37,019 bases of DNA from a virus (lineage: Duplodnaviria; Caudoviricetes): positions 1-37,019 of the IMG/VR virus record IMGVR_UViG_3300019765_000010; one strand, 5' to 3'. Under the pieces are notes generated by a model. It was not told the origin of the DNA. It was given only the letters and a program-made list of their open reading frames with translations, and searched no databases. Below, piece after piece: positions 8,701-15,672 of this stretch (its first letter is position 1; each line of letters starts with the position of its first letter). Both the position numbers and the translations under genes were made by a program.

Positions 8701-11135
8701 TATACCTTTTCATCTAAACTTCGCGTATCTTCTTTTCTCTTAATAGACGATATTTTTGTTTTCGCACCAATTCCAGCAGATCCAAGAGTAACTATTGAAT
8801 TGTAAACATCACTGTTCGCTTCAGTATGAATAAACCATTTGTTATTTGTAGGGTCAAATTGAACAGGAGATCCAACTTCTCCTGGGAATTTATCAGAAAC
8901 TCTACTTCTTATGGTTAGGTCAGTTCCACCAAAACAAGTTTTAACAACATTATTTCTAGCATTTGTCACAGAGGTGGCCAATTTAAAAGTATTAGCACCA
9001 GTTTTTATGGTATAATATGTATTATGATCAATTAAATCTTCTGGAATATTTCCAGTTTTACTAAAAACTAAAACCTTTTCTTCGGTATTCAAATTATGAC
9101 TTGACGAAGAGGTGAAAGTATATCCATTTGCTGCTGATGGAAAACCAGTTATTGTAATTTCTTTAGTAGAACTTGTTGTTCCTTCTGCAGTTCTAGAACT
9201 TGTCGAAATTACATTATCGCACATGTAGATGGATGCAAAACTTACACCATATCCAGTTGTTGCACCAAAATCTACATATAATTTATCCCCCATTCTCGCA
9301 CCAACTTTGTATCCTTGAGTAATCACTGGTGGTGGATTATCTTCACCTTCAAATCCACTAACATAAAGATGACTTGAGATACCGACAGATTGTGTGGTTG
9401 GTACATCAAGAGCAAACCAATCAATATTCTTTTCTTCCGTTACAATTGCTCTGGGTGGAATAATTGCGGTTATATACGCATGATCATCTTTACTAAATGC
9501 CTCTGGTCTGAATCCATCAGACACTAAAGCCATTTGACCAAAGTTTGAGTTTGAGTTTGTAATAGAAGCATCACCACCACTAAGACATTCAAAGTGTTTA
9601 TTGAATCCAATAGCAAAAACAGAAACAATCTGCATAACAGAATTGTTACTTATTTTGATATGTGATGTTTCCCAACCACTTCTGTAAACTGCTTCGCTAT
9701 CTAAGTGATAAACTTTGTCTGGATTTGTTGATGCAGAGTTTCCTGAAAGTTCTGCACCCCTTTGAGTTGTAAGAACGATACCGTCATAATCTCTACCACT
9801 CTTATTATATTTTACAAATGCTCTATCATCTTTTTGGAGGGAAATTGCAGTGAACTGTGCAACAACCATGGAACGGAAACCAGTTGCCTTTGTTCCATCG
9901 GCGTGCATTCCGTTCATACCATAAACAGAACGCAGTGAAATATTGAAGATATATGGAGATGCACCTTTAACAGTGTCAGTTTCAACAGTAACTGTTTCAT
10001 CCCCACTCAGTGATGCAAAAGATGCAGGCATCAGTGGATCTGGTGCAGGAATTGCATATGTAAACTGCGTCTTACTTTGAACGGCAGTTACTACGGTAGA
10101 AATATTATAGTCTGAAGAAACTTCTCCAGGAACTCCAACACCATCGATTTTGATTGGAGTTCCTGCAGTTAAACCGTGTTCAGAACCTGTGGTTACTGTA
10201 ACAACGGAAGTTGATTCTTGACCATCTCCAGAAATAATATTTGTAATTGAAATTGGATCTGCAGAAAATGCCCCAACAATTTCATATTCTGGTCTTTCCT
10301 TTGCAAATCCATCTGGTTCTGATGGCCACTTCTCATCAATACTTCTATCTGAAGTTCCTGAACCAGAAGATTCTCCATAGGCATTTGACAACTTGGCATA
10401 ATACATGTCAAGGTCAGTAATAGTATAGTTGGTACTTAATTCTTTTGGAATATTAACACCATCAGCATATTCAAAACAAGTTAATTTGTGGTGAGAGAAT
10501 GTTGGTCTGGCAACATCCGTAAAATTGGTTGGACTTGTATATGCAGTTGTTGATTCCTTAGCATCAAAGATAGAAAATTGCCAGAAATAACAGTTGCCAG
10601 TAATTCTAAAAATTGCAGATTTATCTAATGCTCCAAGATCTTCTGTTGGATTTGGAACATACTTTGGTATAATTTTTGTTTTTCTAAGGTCTAATCCAAT
10701 AATTGAAGTTCCTCTAGGAACAATTACTCCGCCATAAACACTATTGAATTTGTAAAGTACATTATCCTCTTGCTCTAAATCAAAATTGGTTTCGAGATTT
10801 AAGTCAATATTCTCAAAAGTTGTATATGTAGTTCCATTTGGTTTTAATAATGTTGCTGCCCCTGTACCATAAATTCCCCATCCAGGTCTATTATCTACAA
10901 TATGATCTCCAGGAAAAAGTAATATAGTTGTTCTGTCTGTTTTATCATTACCAATACCTTTTTGGTATGAAAAACGAGCAGATTCTATTAAGGCTCTTTG
11001 AATTGTTTTAAAAGGTCTCCCTAAAGAGTTGCCTTGATTGGTTATACTATCTGTAGAATCTAGGTCACTTGGGTTTACATATAAAATACGTCCTTCAGTA
11101 TTCTTGATAAAATTATCTAACTTATTCAGAGGCAT
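5784..11135 (-). CDS. Large tail fibre/structural protein with C-terminal intramolecular chaperone (Peptidase S74)
   Basis: 1783 aa with the cyanomyophage-type N-terminus (ILYVNPSDLD..RPFKTIQRAL) and repeated HGL/HNL beta-barrel units. C-terminus: SDERLKDNI...GLIAQEIEQVLPEAV...VDY..VVPLLVEAIKEL. Confidence 0.85.
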   Translation of the reverse strand: MPLNKLDNFIKNTEGRILYVNPSDLDSTDSITNQGNSLGRPFKTIQRALIESARFSYQKGIGNDKTDRTTILLFPGDHIVDNRPGWGIYGTGAATLLKPNGTTYTTFENIDLNLETNFDLEQEDNVLYKFNSVYGGVIVPRGTSIIGLDLRKTKIIPKYVPNPTEDLGALDKSAIFRITGNCYFWQFSIFDAKESTTAYTSPTNFTDVARPTFSHHKLTCFEYADGVNIPKELSTNYTITDLDMYYAKLSNAYGESSGSGTSDRSIDEKWPSEPDGFAKERPEYEIVGAFSADPISITNIISGDGQESTSVVTVTTGSEHGLTAGTPIKIDGVGVPGEVSSDYNISTVVTAVQSKTQFTYAIPAPDPLMPASFASLSGDETVTVETDTVKGASPYIFNISLRSVYGMNGMHADGTKATGFRSMVVAQFTAISLQKDDRAFVKYNKSGRDYDGIVLTTQRGAELSGNSASTNPDKVYHLDSEAVYRSGWETSHIKISNNSVMQIVSVFAIGFNKHFECLSGGDASITNSNSNFGQMALVSDGFRPEAFSKDDHAYITAIIPPRAIVTEEKNIDWFALDVPTTQSVGISSHLYVSGFEGEDNPPPVITQGYKVGARMGDKLYVDFGATTGYGVSFASIYMCDNVISTSSRTAEGTTSSTKEITITGFPSAANGYTFTSSSSHNLNTEEKVLVFSKTGNIPEDLIDHNTYYTIKTGANTFKLATSVTNARNNVVKTCFGGTDLTIRSRVSDKFPGEVGSPVQFDPTNNKWFIHTEANSDVYNSIVTLGSAGIGAKTKISSIKRKEDTRSLDEKVYILRVVIPREARNSKNPEDGFVIQESSSTNISITPTTSEFTATTIESGGVHLYDYKRNPRFISTCSVSSNEITAVTDLPHNLNVNDTVVIKGVQSGDNTAGEDNLGYNGKFVVTGIGTNQFTYSTTDVFGVNHSPVTSPIQAFQNDSNTRNISLPRFERKDLQTNLYVYRNEILSDYVEDTQDGVYHIYAVKANNTIDTSSGEFSTENFSQNVVNLYPENDRDNPNDNPNASRSFAKRAPIGDVITNDLKKSITREAIDDFITKFDHGKNISSIARDNIAGITTFTLEKDHNLSGLVDVTISTAGTTYVNGTYYNVKIYNNSSRTIWNGATAKVVVQSNSISTVDIISSGSGYSAGTYYLDDPKLGFNAGTQAEIAVASSNISDPTNTIVQVTGDGSVSDGHYCITSIPGKDQVSIAMTAGDPEFTTDQYLYVNETATSIATTSLSVSGTNNIITFNCSSAHGLLAGHRVSILDSNNNRVGSYIVKSKVGINTFTVQTSDSASTFSVDGGKVLKHALDSNEAVSEAGNQNFGIRSNSLYAGETATLTQDIVDQSSFTISVASGSIPNRFKLGDYIQIDGEIMRISGAFSSPATITVIRGYFGTQKTNHANGSKIKKIKPIPIEFRRPSIIRASGHTFEYLGYGPGNYSTGLPQVQVRSLTEREEFLSQSKEKSCGAVVYTGMNNDGDFFIGNKRVTSATGEEKTFDAPVPTVTGEDPSRLSSIFDEITIKERLKVEGGKSKQILSQFDGPVTFNNDVKVIGNNLEINNDIESVDETTGALIVSGGVGIAKSVNIGEGITVNGSSEFAGVKFDNNSVSPSSGILTVRSSTLGGNGKFPSLTLGGTFMGVTNSVAINTHTTIAGFLSVTDDITAFWTSDERLKDNINTIEQPLNKVVSISGNTFDWNEKSNKTGHDVGLIAQEIEQVLPEAVVTRDNGYLAVDYHKVVPLLVEAIKELSTKVDNLEQKLNDINK
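5785..5791 (-). promoter_or_regulatory. T4-type late promoter (ATAAATA)
   Basis: ATAAATA overlaps the upstream stop codon, just before the 769 aa gene. Confidence 0.7.
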
Positions 11136-11167
11136 GGTATTACAACTTCTGGGGGATTTCTATGTTT

Positions 11168-11174
11168 TATTTAT
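11168..11174 (-). promoter_or_regulatory. T4-type late promoter (ATAAATA)
   Basis: ATAAATA about 33 nt upstream of the 1783 aa gene. Confidence 0.7.
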
Positions 11175-11479
11175 CCCAGATAATCTTCTTCGTCAGAAAA
11201 AAACCCAATCAAATCCTCAGGCAAAACTTCGGGATTTAATATGTCTATAGGGTCAAAGCATGGATGTGCCTGTTCTAGGATCAAATAATTTGATCCTTTG
11301 TATACATCATCAACTTCATAACTTTTATTTTTATTTGCTTCTTCTACTAAATTTCGATCATATAAATGACCATCAGGCATTTCATCAAATGTAAATGGTA
11401 CATCATTTAGGAAATACATATTAACTATGATTTTTTCATTATTATACCAACAGTGTTTTGTACTTACTGTATATGACAT
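11171..11479 (-). CDS. Hypothetical cyanophage protein
   Basis: 102 aa acidic ORF with ATAAATA upstream at 11497-11503. Confidence 0.75.
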   Translation of the reverse strand: MSYTVSTKHCWYNNEKIIVNMYFLNDVPFTFDEMPDGHLYDRNLVEEANKNKSYEVDDVYKGSNYLILEQAHPCFDPIDILNPEVLPEDLIGFFSDEEDYLG

Positions 11480-11510
11480 AACACTTTTTTAAATATTATT
11501 TATTACTTTT

Positions 11511-11807
11511 TTACAATTCTGAATAGTATTCCTTGTATACATTGGCATCATCATCGTCTAATGCCATTTCTACTTTTTCTTCAAGAACCCAAGAATCTTC
11601 ACTTTCTAGAAAATTGATCATTTTATCCCAAAGTTCAGGTGGAAAGTCATCGATGAACATTCCCCAAGTTCCAGGATTCTCGTCATCACCATCAGGTTCC
11701 CAAGTACAGTATTTGATGTTATTTTGATATTCGTAAAAAAGAAAGTCAAATACGTTGGATTGGTCTTCTTCGGTCTGGCAGTAAATTTTAAGGTTATTGA
11801 GTCTCAT
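11511..11807 (-). CDS. Hypothetical acidic protein
   Basis: Likely start ATG 11807 (MRLNNLKIYC); the longer track start overlaps tRNA-Leu. Confidence 0.7.
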   Translation of the reverse strand: MRLNNLKIYCQTEEDQSNVFDFLFYEYQNNIKYCTWEPDGDDENPGTWGMFIDDFPPELWDKMINFLESEDSWVLEEKVEMALDDDDANVYKEYYSEL

Positions 11808-11825
11808 TTGTTTATAAAAACAAAG

Positions 11826-11910
11826 TGCGAGTAGGGAGACTTGAACTCCCACGACCATAATGGTCAACAGATTTTAAGTCTGGTGCGTCTACCGATTCCG
11901 CCACACTCGC
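11826..11910 (-). tRNA. tRNA-Leu (UAA)
   Basis: GCGAGTG acceptor, GGCGGAATCGGTAGACGC D-arm, CT-TAA-AA loop, long variable arm, GTTCAAG T-loop; CCA not encoded. Confidence 0.95.
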
Positions 11911-11914
11911 AAGG

Positions 11915-11986
11915 TGGGTGAAGAGGGGATCGAACCCCCGACCGCCTCCGTGTAAAGGAGATGCTCTACCTCTGAGCTATTCACCC
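11915..11986 (-). tRNA. tRNA-Val (UAC)
   Basis: GGGTGAA/TTCACCC acceptor, TT-TAC-AC anticodon loop, GGTTCGATCC T-arm. Confidence 0.95.
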
Positions 11987-11995
11987 GATGGGACA

Positions 11996-12024
11996 ATCAT
12001 ACCAAATGTGGTGCTGATTGTCAA
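11996..12024 (-). promoter_or_regulatory. Sigma70-type promoter inside the tRNA cluster
   Basis: TTGACA-17 bp-TATGAT, ending 9 nt before tRNA-Val. Confidence 0.8.
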
Positions 12025-12025
12025 G

Positions 12026-12098
12026 TGGGGGTCGCGAGGATCGAACTCGCCTTAGCCGAATTATGAGTTCGGTGCATTCACCAGATTGCTAGACCCCC
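12026..12098 (-). tRNA. tRNA with CAU anticodon (elongator Met or Ile2)
   Basis: GGGGGTC/GACCCCC acceptor and CCGAA-CT-CAT-AA-TTCGG anticodon arm. It lacks initiator hallmarks (no C1:A72 mismatch, no 3 consecutive G-C pairs). Confidence 0.9.
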
Positions 12099-12102
12099 CT
12101 GA

Positions 12103-12174
12103 TAGGAGTACTGGGAGTTGAACCCAGACTAACCCGTTATAAGCAGGCCGCTCTAACCATTAAGCTATACTCCC
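12103..12174 (-). tRNA. tRNA-Ile (UAU)
   Basis: GGGAGTA/TACTCCT acceptor, TAGCTTAATGGTTAGAGC D-arm, GCCTG-CT-TAT-AA-CGGGT anticodon arm, GGTTCAAC T-loop. Confidence 0.9.
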
Positions 12175-12183
12175 AAAAAAACA

Positions 12184-12357
12184 CTACTGTGCTTCGTTAT
12201 TATCCTCAGTGTATATTCGCAGCAGTTCATCGTCTGCGGGTACTAATACTGCTGCCTTTCCGTCTTCTCTAACCACTCCTATTGTCTCTCCCTTTTCAAC
12301 TCGTTCAAAAAGTTCATCGAATCGATTTTCCCATTCTTGCACTGTGAAAATTTCCAT
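12184..12357 (-). CDS. Phd/YefM-like (antitoxin fold) small protein
   Basis: MEIFTVQEWENRFDELFERVEKGETIGVVREDGKAAVLVP matches the Phd/YefM N-terminal pattern; ATAAATA at 12366-12372. Confidence 0.65.
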   Translation of the reverse strand: MEIFTVQEWENRFDELFERVEKGETIGVVREDGKAAVLVPADDELLRIYTEDNNEAQ

Positions 12358-12376
12358 AGTTGGTTTATTTATTGTA

Positions 12377-12571
12377 TCATGAAACTGCAAGTTCTGCGTA
12401 TTCGATCTGATCATCATTTAGGTTATCAGTAACAACCTCAAGAACATTCATGAACTCATCCACACTATCACATTGTACCATACGCTCATCGCCTTGATCA
12501 CTCAGAAGAAGAAATGATCGAGAGCAGATGTCGATCACAATACCTTCAACATATTCTGCTGTGTTGTTCAT
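12377..12571 (-). CDS. Hypothetical cyanophage protein
   Basis: Likely start ATG 12571 (MNNTAEY), downstream of a consensus promoter. Confidence 0.75.
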   Translation of the reverse strand: MNNTAEYVEGIVIDICSRSFLLLSDQGDERMVQCDSVDEFMNVLEVVTDNLNDDQIEYAELAVS

Positions 12572-12594
12572 GGTGTTCCCTTGATTACCCACAT

Positions 12595-12623
12595 ATTATA
12601 GAGCATATGGGCAGGAGTGTCAA
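12595..12623 (-). promoter_or_regulatory. Perfect sigma70 consensus promoter
   Basis: TTGACA-17 bp-TATAAT. Confidence 0.9.
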
Positions 12624-12633
12624 CTGTGCCAAT

Positions 12634-14238
12634 TTAAGAACTGACAGGAACTCTTCTAATCAGGCGAACATGTTTTGTCTCGGTTTTGCTGTATCCAGCA
12701 GCAGTTCCGAAAGATGTTTCGGAAGTTCTTTGTCCCACCGATGCACTTCCTGTGGTGCCAGTATTTTCACAACTGTCTCCAGTAGATGTCCAATACTGAT
12801 TTAATGTATTTAAATTTTGAAAAAGTATAATTTCTTCAGGTCCACCTATATTGAAGGGATTGGCAGAATGATCATCAAGAGTTTGATTTTGGGCAACATT
12901 TCCAAAGATGGTTATTTCATTTCTTGCTGGAATATACCAATCGGTTTTTCCATTTATATTGGCATTTTGTGCAAATTGGAATATTGGATGATTAGAACTA
13001 TCTGATCCAATAACAGATTGATAAGTATTCCAATAACCATCATACGTGGACTGAGCACTTGTTTGTGTGGATTCTGCTCCATCACAATCGGCAGTCGTTT
13101 TATATTGCCCAGTTGTCTCTCCAGAATCTTTTGGTGCTAGGAAAATATAATATTGTGGATTTGTTCCAGTACCTTGTTCCCACGAGTCATAAGCATATTG
13201 AGATATTCCAAGATAATATCCACCTTCACTTGGAACATAAGAACCAACGACAAAAGATCCTGCAGCTAAACCCTCAGTAAATTCTATATTATCTAGACTT
13301 CCAACAGAACCTTTATATCCAAACAATGGTTCATTTTTAATAAGATCTCTTAGTGCTCTATCAGATTGTACTTGACTGTTCATTTTTTCCTGGTCATGCT
13401 TTAAAGACCAAAGCATTAATTCTTTTTCAGTTTTTTTATCTTTTATTTGATTTACTTTATCTGTTAAAGCAGATCTATTAATAATCTCTTCTCTATGACC
13501 ACCAATTTCTGCAATTAAAGCATTTATTTGGGCATTATATTGTGAGCAGTTATTCTGGGTAGTAAAACCGTTGTAGTCAAATCCTGTAAATCTTTTAAAA
13601 GGACCATATCCATATGGTATAGCACCAAAATCTTCATATGCTTCTATTTCAGCATCAGTCATATAATTTTGTTCAAGTAGTTCTGTCTTATATCCCGAAC
13701 CAGCATTAGAAGATGTTAATCCTACTTCCGTATCTTGTGAAAAAGGAGTATCTGAACCATAATTATTTAAATTGGTGTAAATGCTAACACCAACATAATC
13801 TGGAAGTATGTTACTTCCACCAGGAGTTCCTACACCAATAATTATTCCATTTGAACTTGCAGCACCTACAACACAAGAACAAAGGCCAACGCCACAGTTA
13901 TTAAGGATGATATCTGCTATTTGTCTCTTCTTCTCATTTATAGCAGTTAAATTCAGTGCAATCGGCATATCAGCAACTCGTGCTAATTCAGTATAAGCTG
14001 TAACTTCTTCTTGTGCAATTTGAATCAATTCATTTTTTTGAACAACATTATCTTTTACTTGTGTTTCTTTTCTTTCAACCGATTTCGAAAACCTACCAGT
14101 ATTTTCATCTTTGTTATATGTAACTTGATCATAAAATTTTGCAGGAACTGTTCCTGGAGTTTGATTAACCTCAAACTCCTCCTCATCTTTAATATCTTCG
14201 TTCAAACTTTGAACAACTCTATTTGCCGCATCAGACAT
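12634..14238 (-). CDS. Baseplate-region structural protein with C-terminal DUF1566/Lcl-like (C-type lectin fold) domain
   Basis: Coiled-coil N-terminal half; C-terminus DWYIPARNEI...YWTSTG...K..VRLIRR resembles the DUF1566 pattern. Confidence 0.6.
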   Translation of the reverse strand: MSDAANRVVQSLNEDIKDEEEFEVNQTPGTVPAKFYDQVTYNKDENTGRFSKSVERKETQVKDNVVQKNELIQIAQEEVTAYTELARVADMPIALNLTAINEKKRQIADIILNNCGVGLCSCVVGAASSNGIIIGVGTPGGSNILPDYVGVSIYTNLNNYGSDTPFSQDTEVGLTSSNAGSGYKTELLEQNYMTDAEIEAYEDFGAIPYGYGPFKRFTGFDYNGFTTQNNCSQYNAQINALIAEIGGHREEIINRSALTDKVNQIKDKKTEKELMLWSLKHDQEKMNSQVQSDRALRDLIKNEPLFGYKGSVGSLDNIEFTEGLAAGSFVVGSYVPSEGGYYLGISQYAYDSWEQGTGTNPQYYIFLAPKDSGETTGQYKTTADCDGAESTQTSAQSTYDGYWNTYQSVIGSDSSNHPIFQFAQNANINGKTDWYIPARNEITIFGNVAQNQTLDDHSANPFNIGGPEEIILFQNLNTLNQYWTSTGDSCENTGTTGSASVGQRTSETSFGTAAGYSKTETKHVRLIRRVPVSS

Positions 14239-14258
14239 TTTTCAATTACTCTTTAATA

Positions 14259-15080
14259 TTAGTTATTTAACTGACTTTTAAGTTCTTGAACCTCACCTTT
14301 TAGAGATTCGATTTGAGTCTGTTGCTCCTTGATTGCTTCAGTTAACAAGGCAACCATTTTTTCATAATCTACTTTTTTAACATCAAAATCGATACCATCT
14401 ATTTTATCTGTTGAAACAACCTCAGGAACTACTTTTTCAACATCTTGAGCAATAAAACCAATACTTCGAGTAACTACTTTCGTTTTTAACTCTTTATCTC
14501 GTCTAGTTTTCTTTGCATAATCTCTATCCCATCTGAAAGATATTCCATTTAGTTTTGTTACCTTATCTAAAGCACCTTCTATTGGAATAATTGTTCTCTT
14601 AAGTCTAATATCGGAATGTCCATGAGCTTTATCTTCAATTGGCAAACCATTTATTGTCCAAACTCCTGTTAAAATTCCAGCTCTGGCATCTAATCCTGGT
14701 GCTATGGATGAAGAAACAACAGATGTTCCAACAATTTTTTGCAAAACTCCAGTAAGATTACTCAGTACAGCAAGTGATTTAAAAGCACCACCTAAAGCCA
14801 TTGTTACTCCACTGCTAGAGTAAAATCCAATATGCTTTGTAATGCTGGCATTAACCAAATTTACAGTTCCTGGAACACAGTGTAGTGCAAAAGGACTATC
14901 TGGATTCATTCCAATAACAGCTGCTCCAGTTTGATATCCCGCTACTGATGTCATTCCCATGTAAGAACGATAAAAATCAGCACTTCCTGGAGGAATTACT
15001 AGGTTTGGAACTAATAATGGATGTACCCCTAATGGACCAGGAACACATATTCTATTTGTATTAAATTTGTCTACTTGCAT
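14259..15080 (-). CDS. Short spike/fibre protein with intramolecular chaperone (Peptidase S74)
   Basis: HSDIRLKRTI...LNGISFRW...GFIAQDVEKVVPEVV...VDYEKMVALLTEAIKEQQ. Confidence 0.8.
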   Translation of the reverse strand: MQVDKFNTNRICVPGPLGVHPLLVPNLVIPPGSADFYRSYMGMTSVAGYQTGAAVIGMNPDSPFALHCVPGTVNLVNASITKHIGFYSSSGVTMALGGAFKSLAVLSNLTGVLQKIVGTSVVSSSIAPGLDARAGILTGVWTINGLPIEDKAHGHSDIRLKRTIIPIEGALDKVTKLNGISFRWDRDYAKKTRRDKELKTKVVTRSIGFIAQDVEKVVPEVVSTDKIDGIDFDVKKVDYEKMVALLTEAIKEQQTQIESLKGEVQELKSQLNN

Positions 15081-15090
15081 TTGTTTTGCC

Positions 15091-15672
15091 TCATTTGCAT
15101 ACTTTTGAGATTCCTTCTATTAAAGATGTGAAATCTCCATTCAATAATGCCTTAAGATTGTTAATAGCAGAAAAAGATGCGTTTTTCACCTCTCCAGCAA
15201 TAGTGATTGATGCACCAGCAATATCAAGATCAACTTCACCTCGTATACAAGTTTTTGAACCAATAAATCTTGCTTGTTCTCCAGCAGTAACATTGACAGA
15301 TCCATTTCCATTAAGAACGATAGATCCATTTTCGGAATCTCCTTCAGCAACCATATAAATGTTTTTACCTTTGAGGTAAATACTTCCATTTTTTGCACTT
15401 ATAACAATATCGCCATTATGTGCCAAAATTTGTTTTGCTGGCGATTCTTCACCATCCTTAGTTTTTGGTCGCAAACTTACACCACATACCTCAGTTTGAC
15501 ACTTTGGCGTTACATTGATTGAATTGCCAGATTCACAAAAATGTAATTGGTGATTGGATGCTGTGGCAATAGTCAGTTCAGATCCATCGTCTTTCTCTTC
15601 AGGTCCACCTGGACCCCAAAACATAATTCCATAATCATTATCTGCTGTTTTTATCGGAGTAGATTTTGCCAT
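15091..15672 (-). CDS. gp5 C-terminal-like beta-helix (spike) protein
   Basis: Start ATG 15672 coupled to the upstream stop (TAATG); periodic G-x-I-x-I repeats (NGDIVISAKNGSIYLKGKNIYM); lies downstream of the gp5-like genes. Confidence 0.55.
   Translation of the reverse strand: MAKSTPIKTADNDYGIMFWGPGGPEEKDDGSELTIATASNHQLHFCESGNSINVTPKCQTEVCGVSLRPKTKDGEESPAKQILAHNGDIVISAKNGSIYLKGKNIYMVAEGDSENGSIVLNGNGSVNVTAGEQARFIGSKTCIRGEVDLDIAGASITIAGEVKNASFSAINNLKALLNGDFTSLIEGISKVCK

Noticed and set aside
11808-11867. N-terminal extension of the 118 aa ORF
   Set aside because: It overlaps tRNA-Leu; ATG 11807 is the more plausible start.
12026-12098. Initiator tRNA-fMet call
   Set aside because: The 1:72 position is paired and the anticodon stem lacks three consecutive G-C pairs.
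12634-12800. Diversity-generating retroelement
   Set aside because: No reverse transcriptase and no second near-identical repeat seen in the window.
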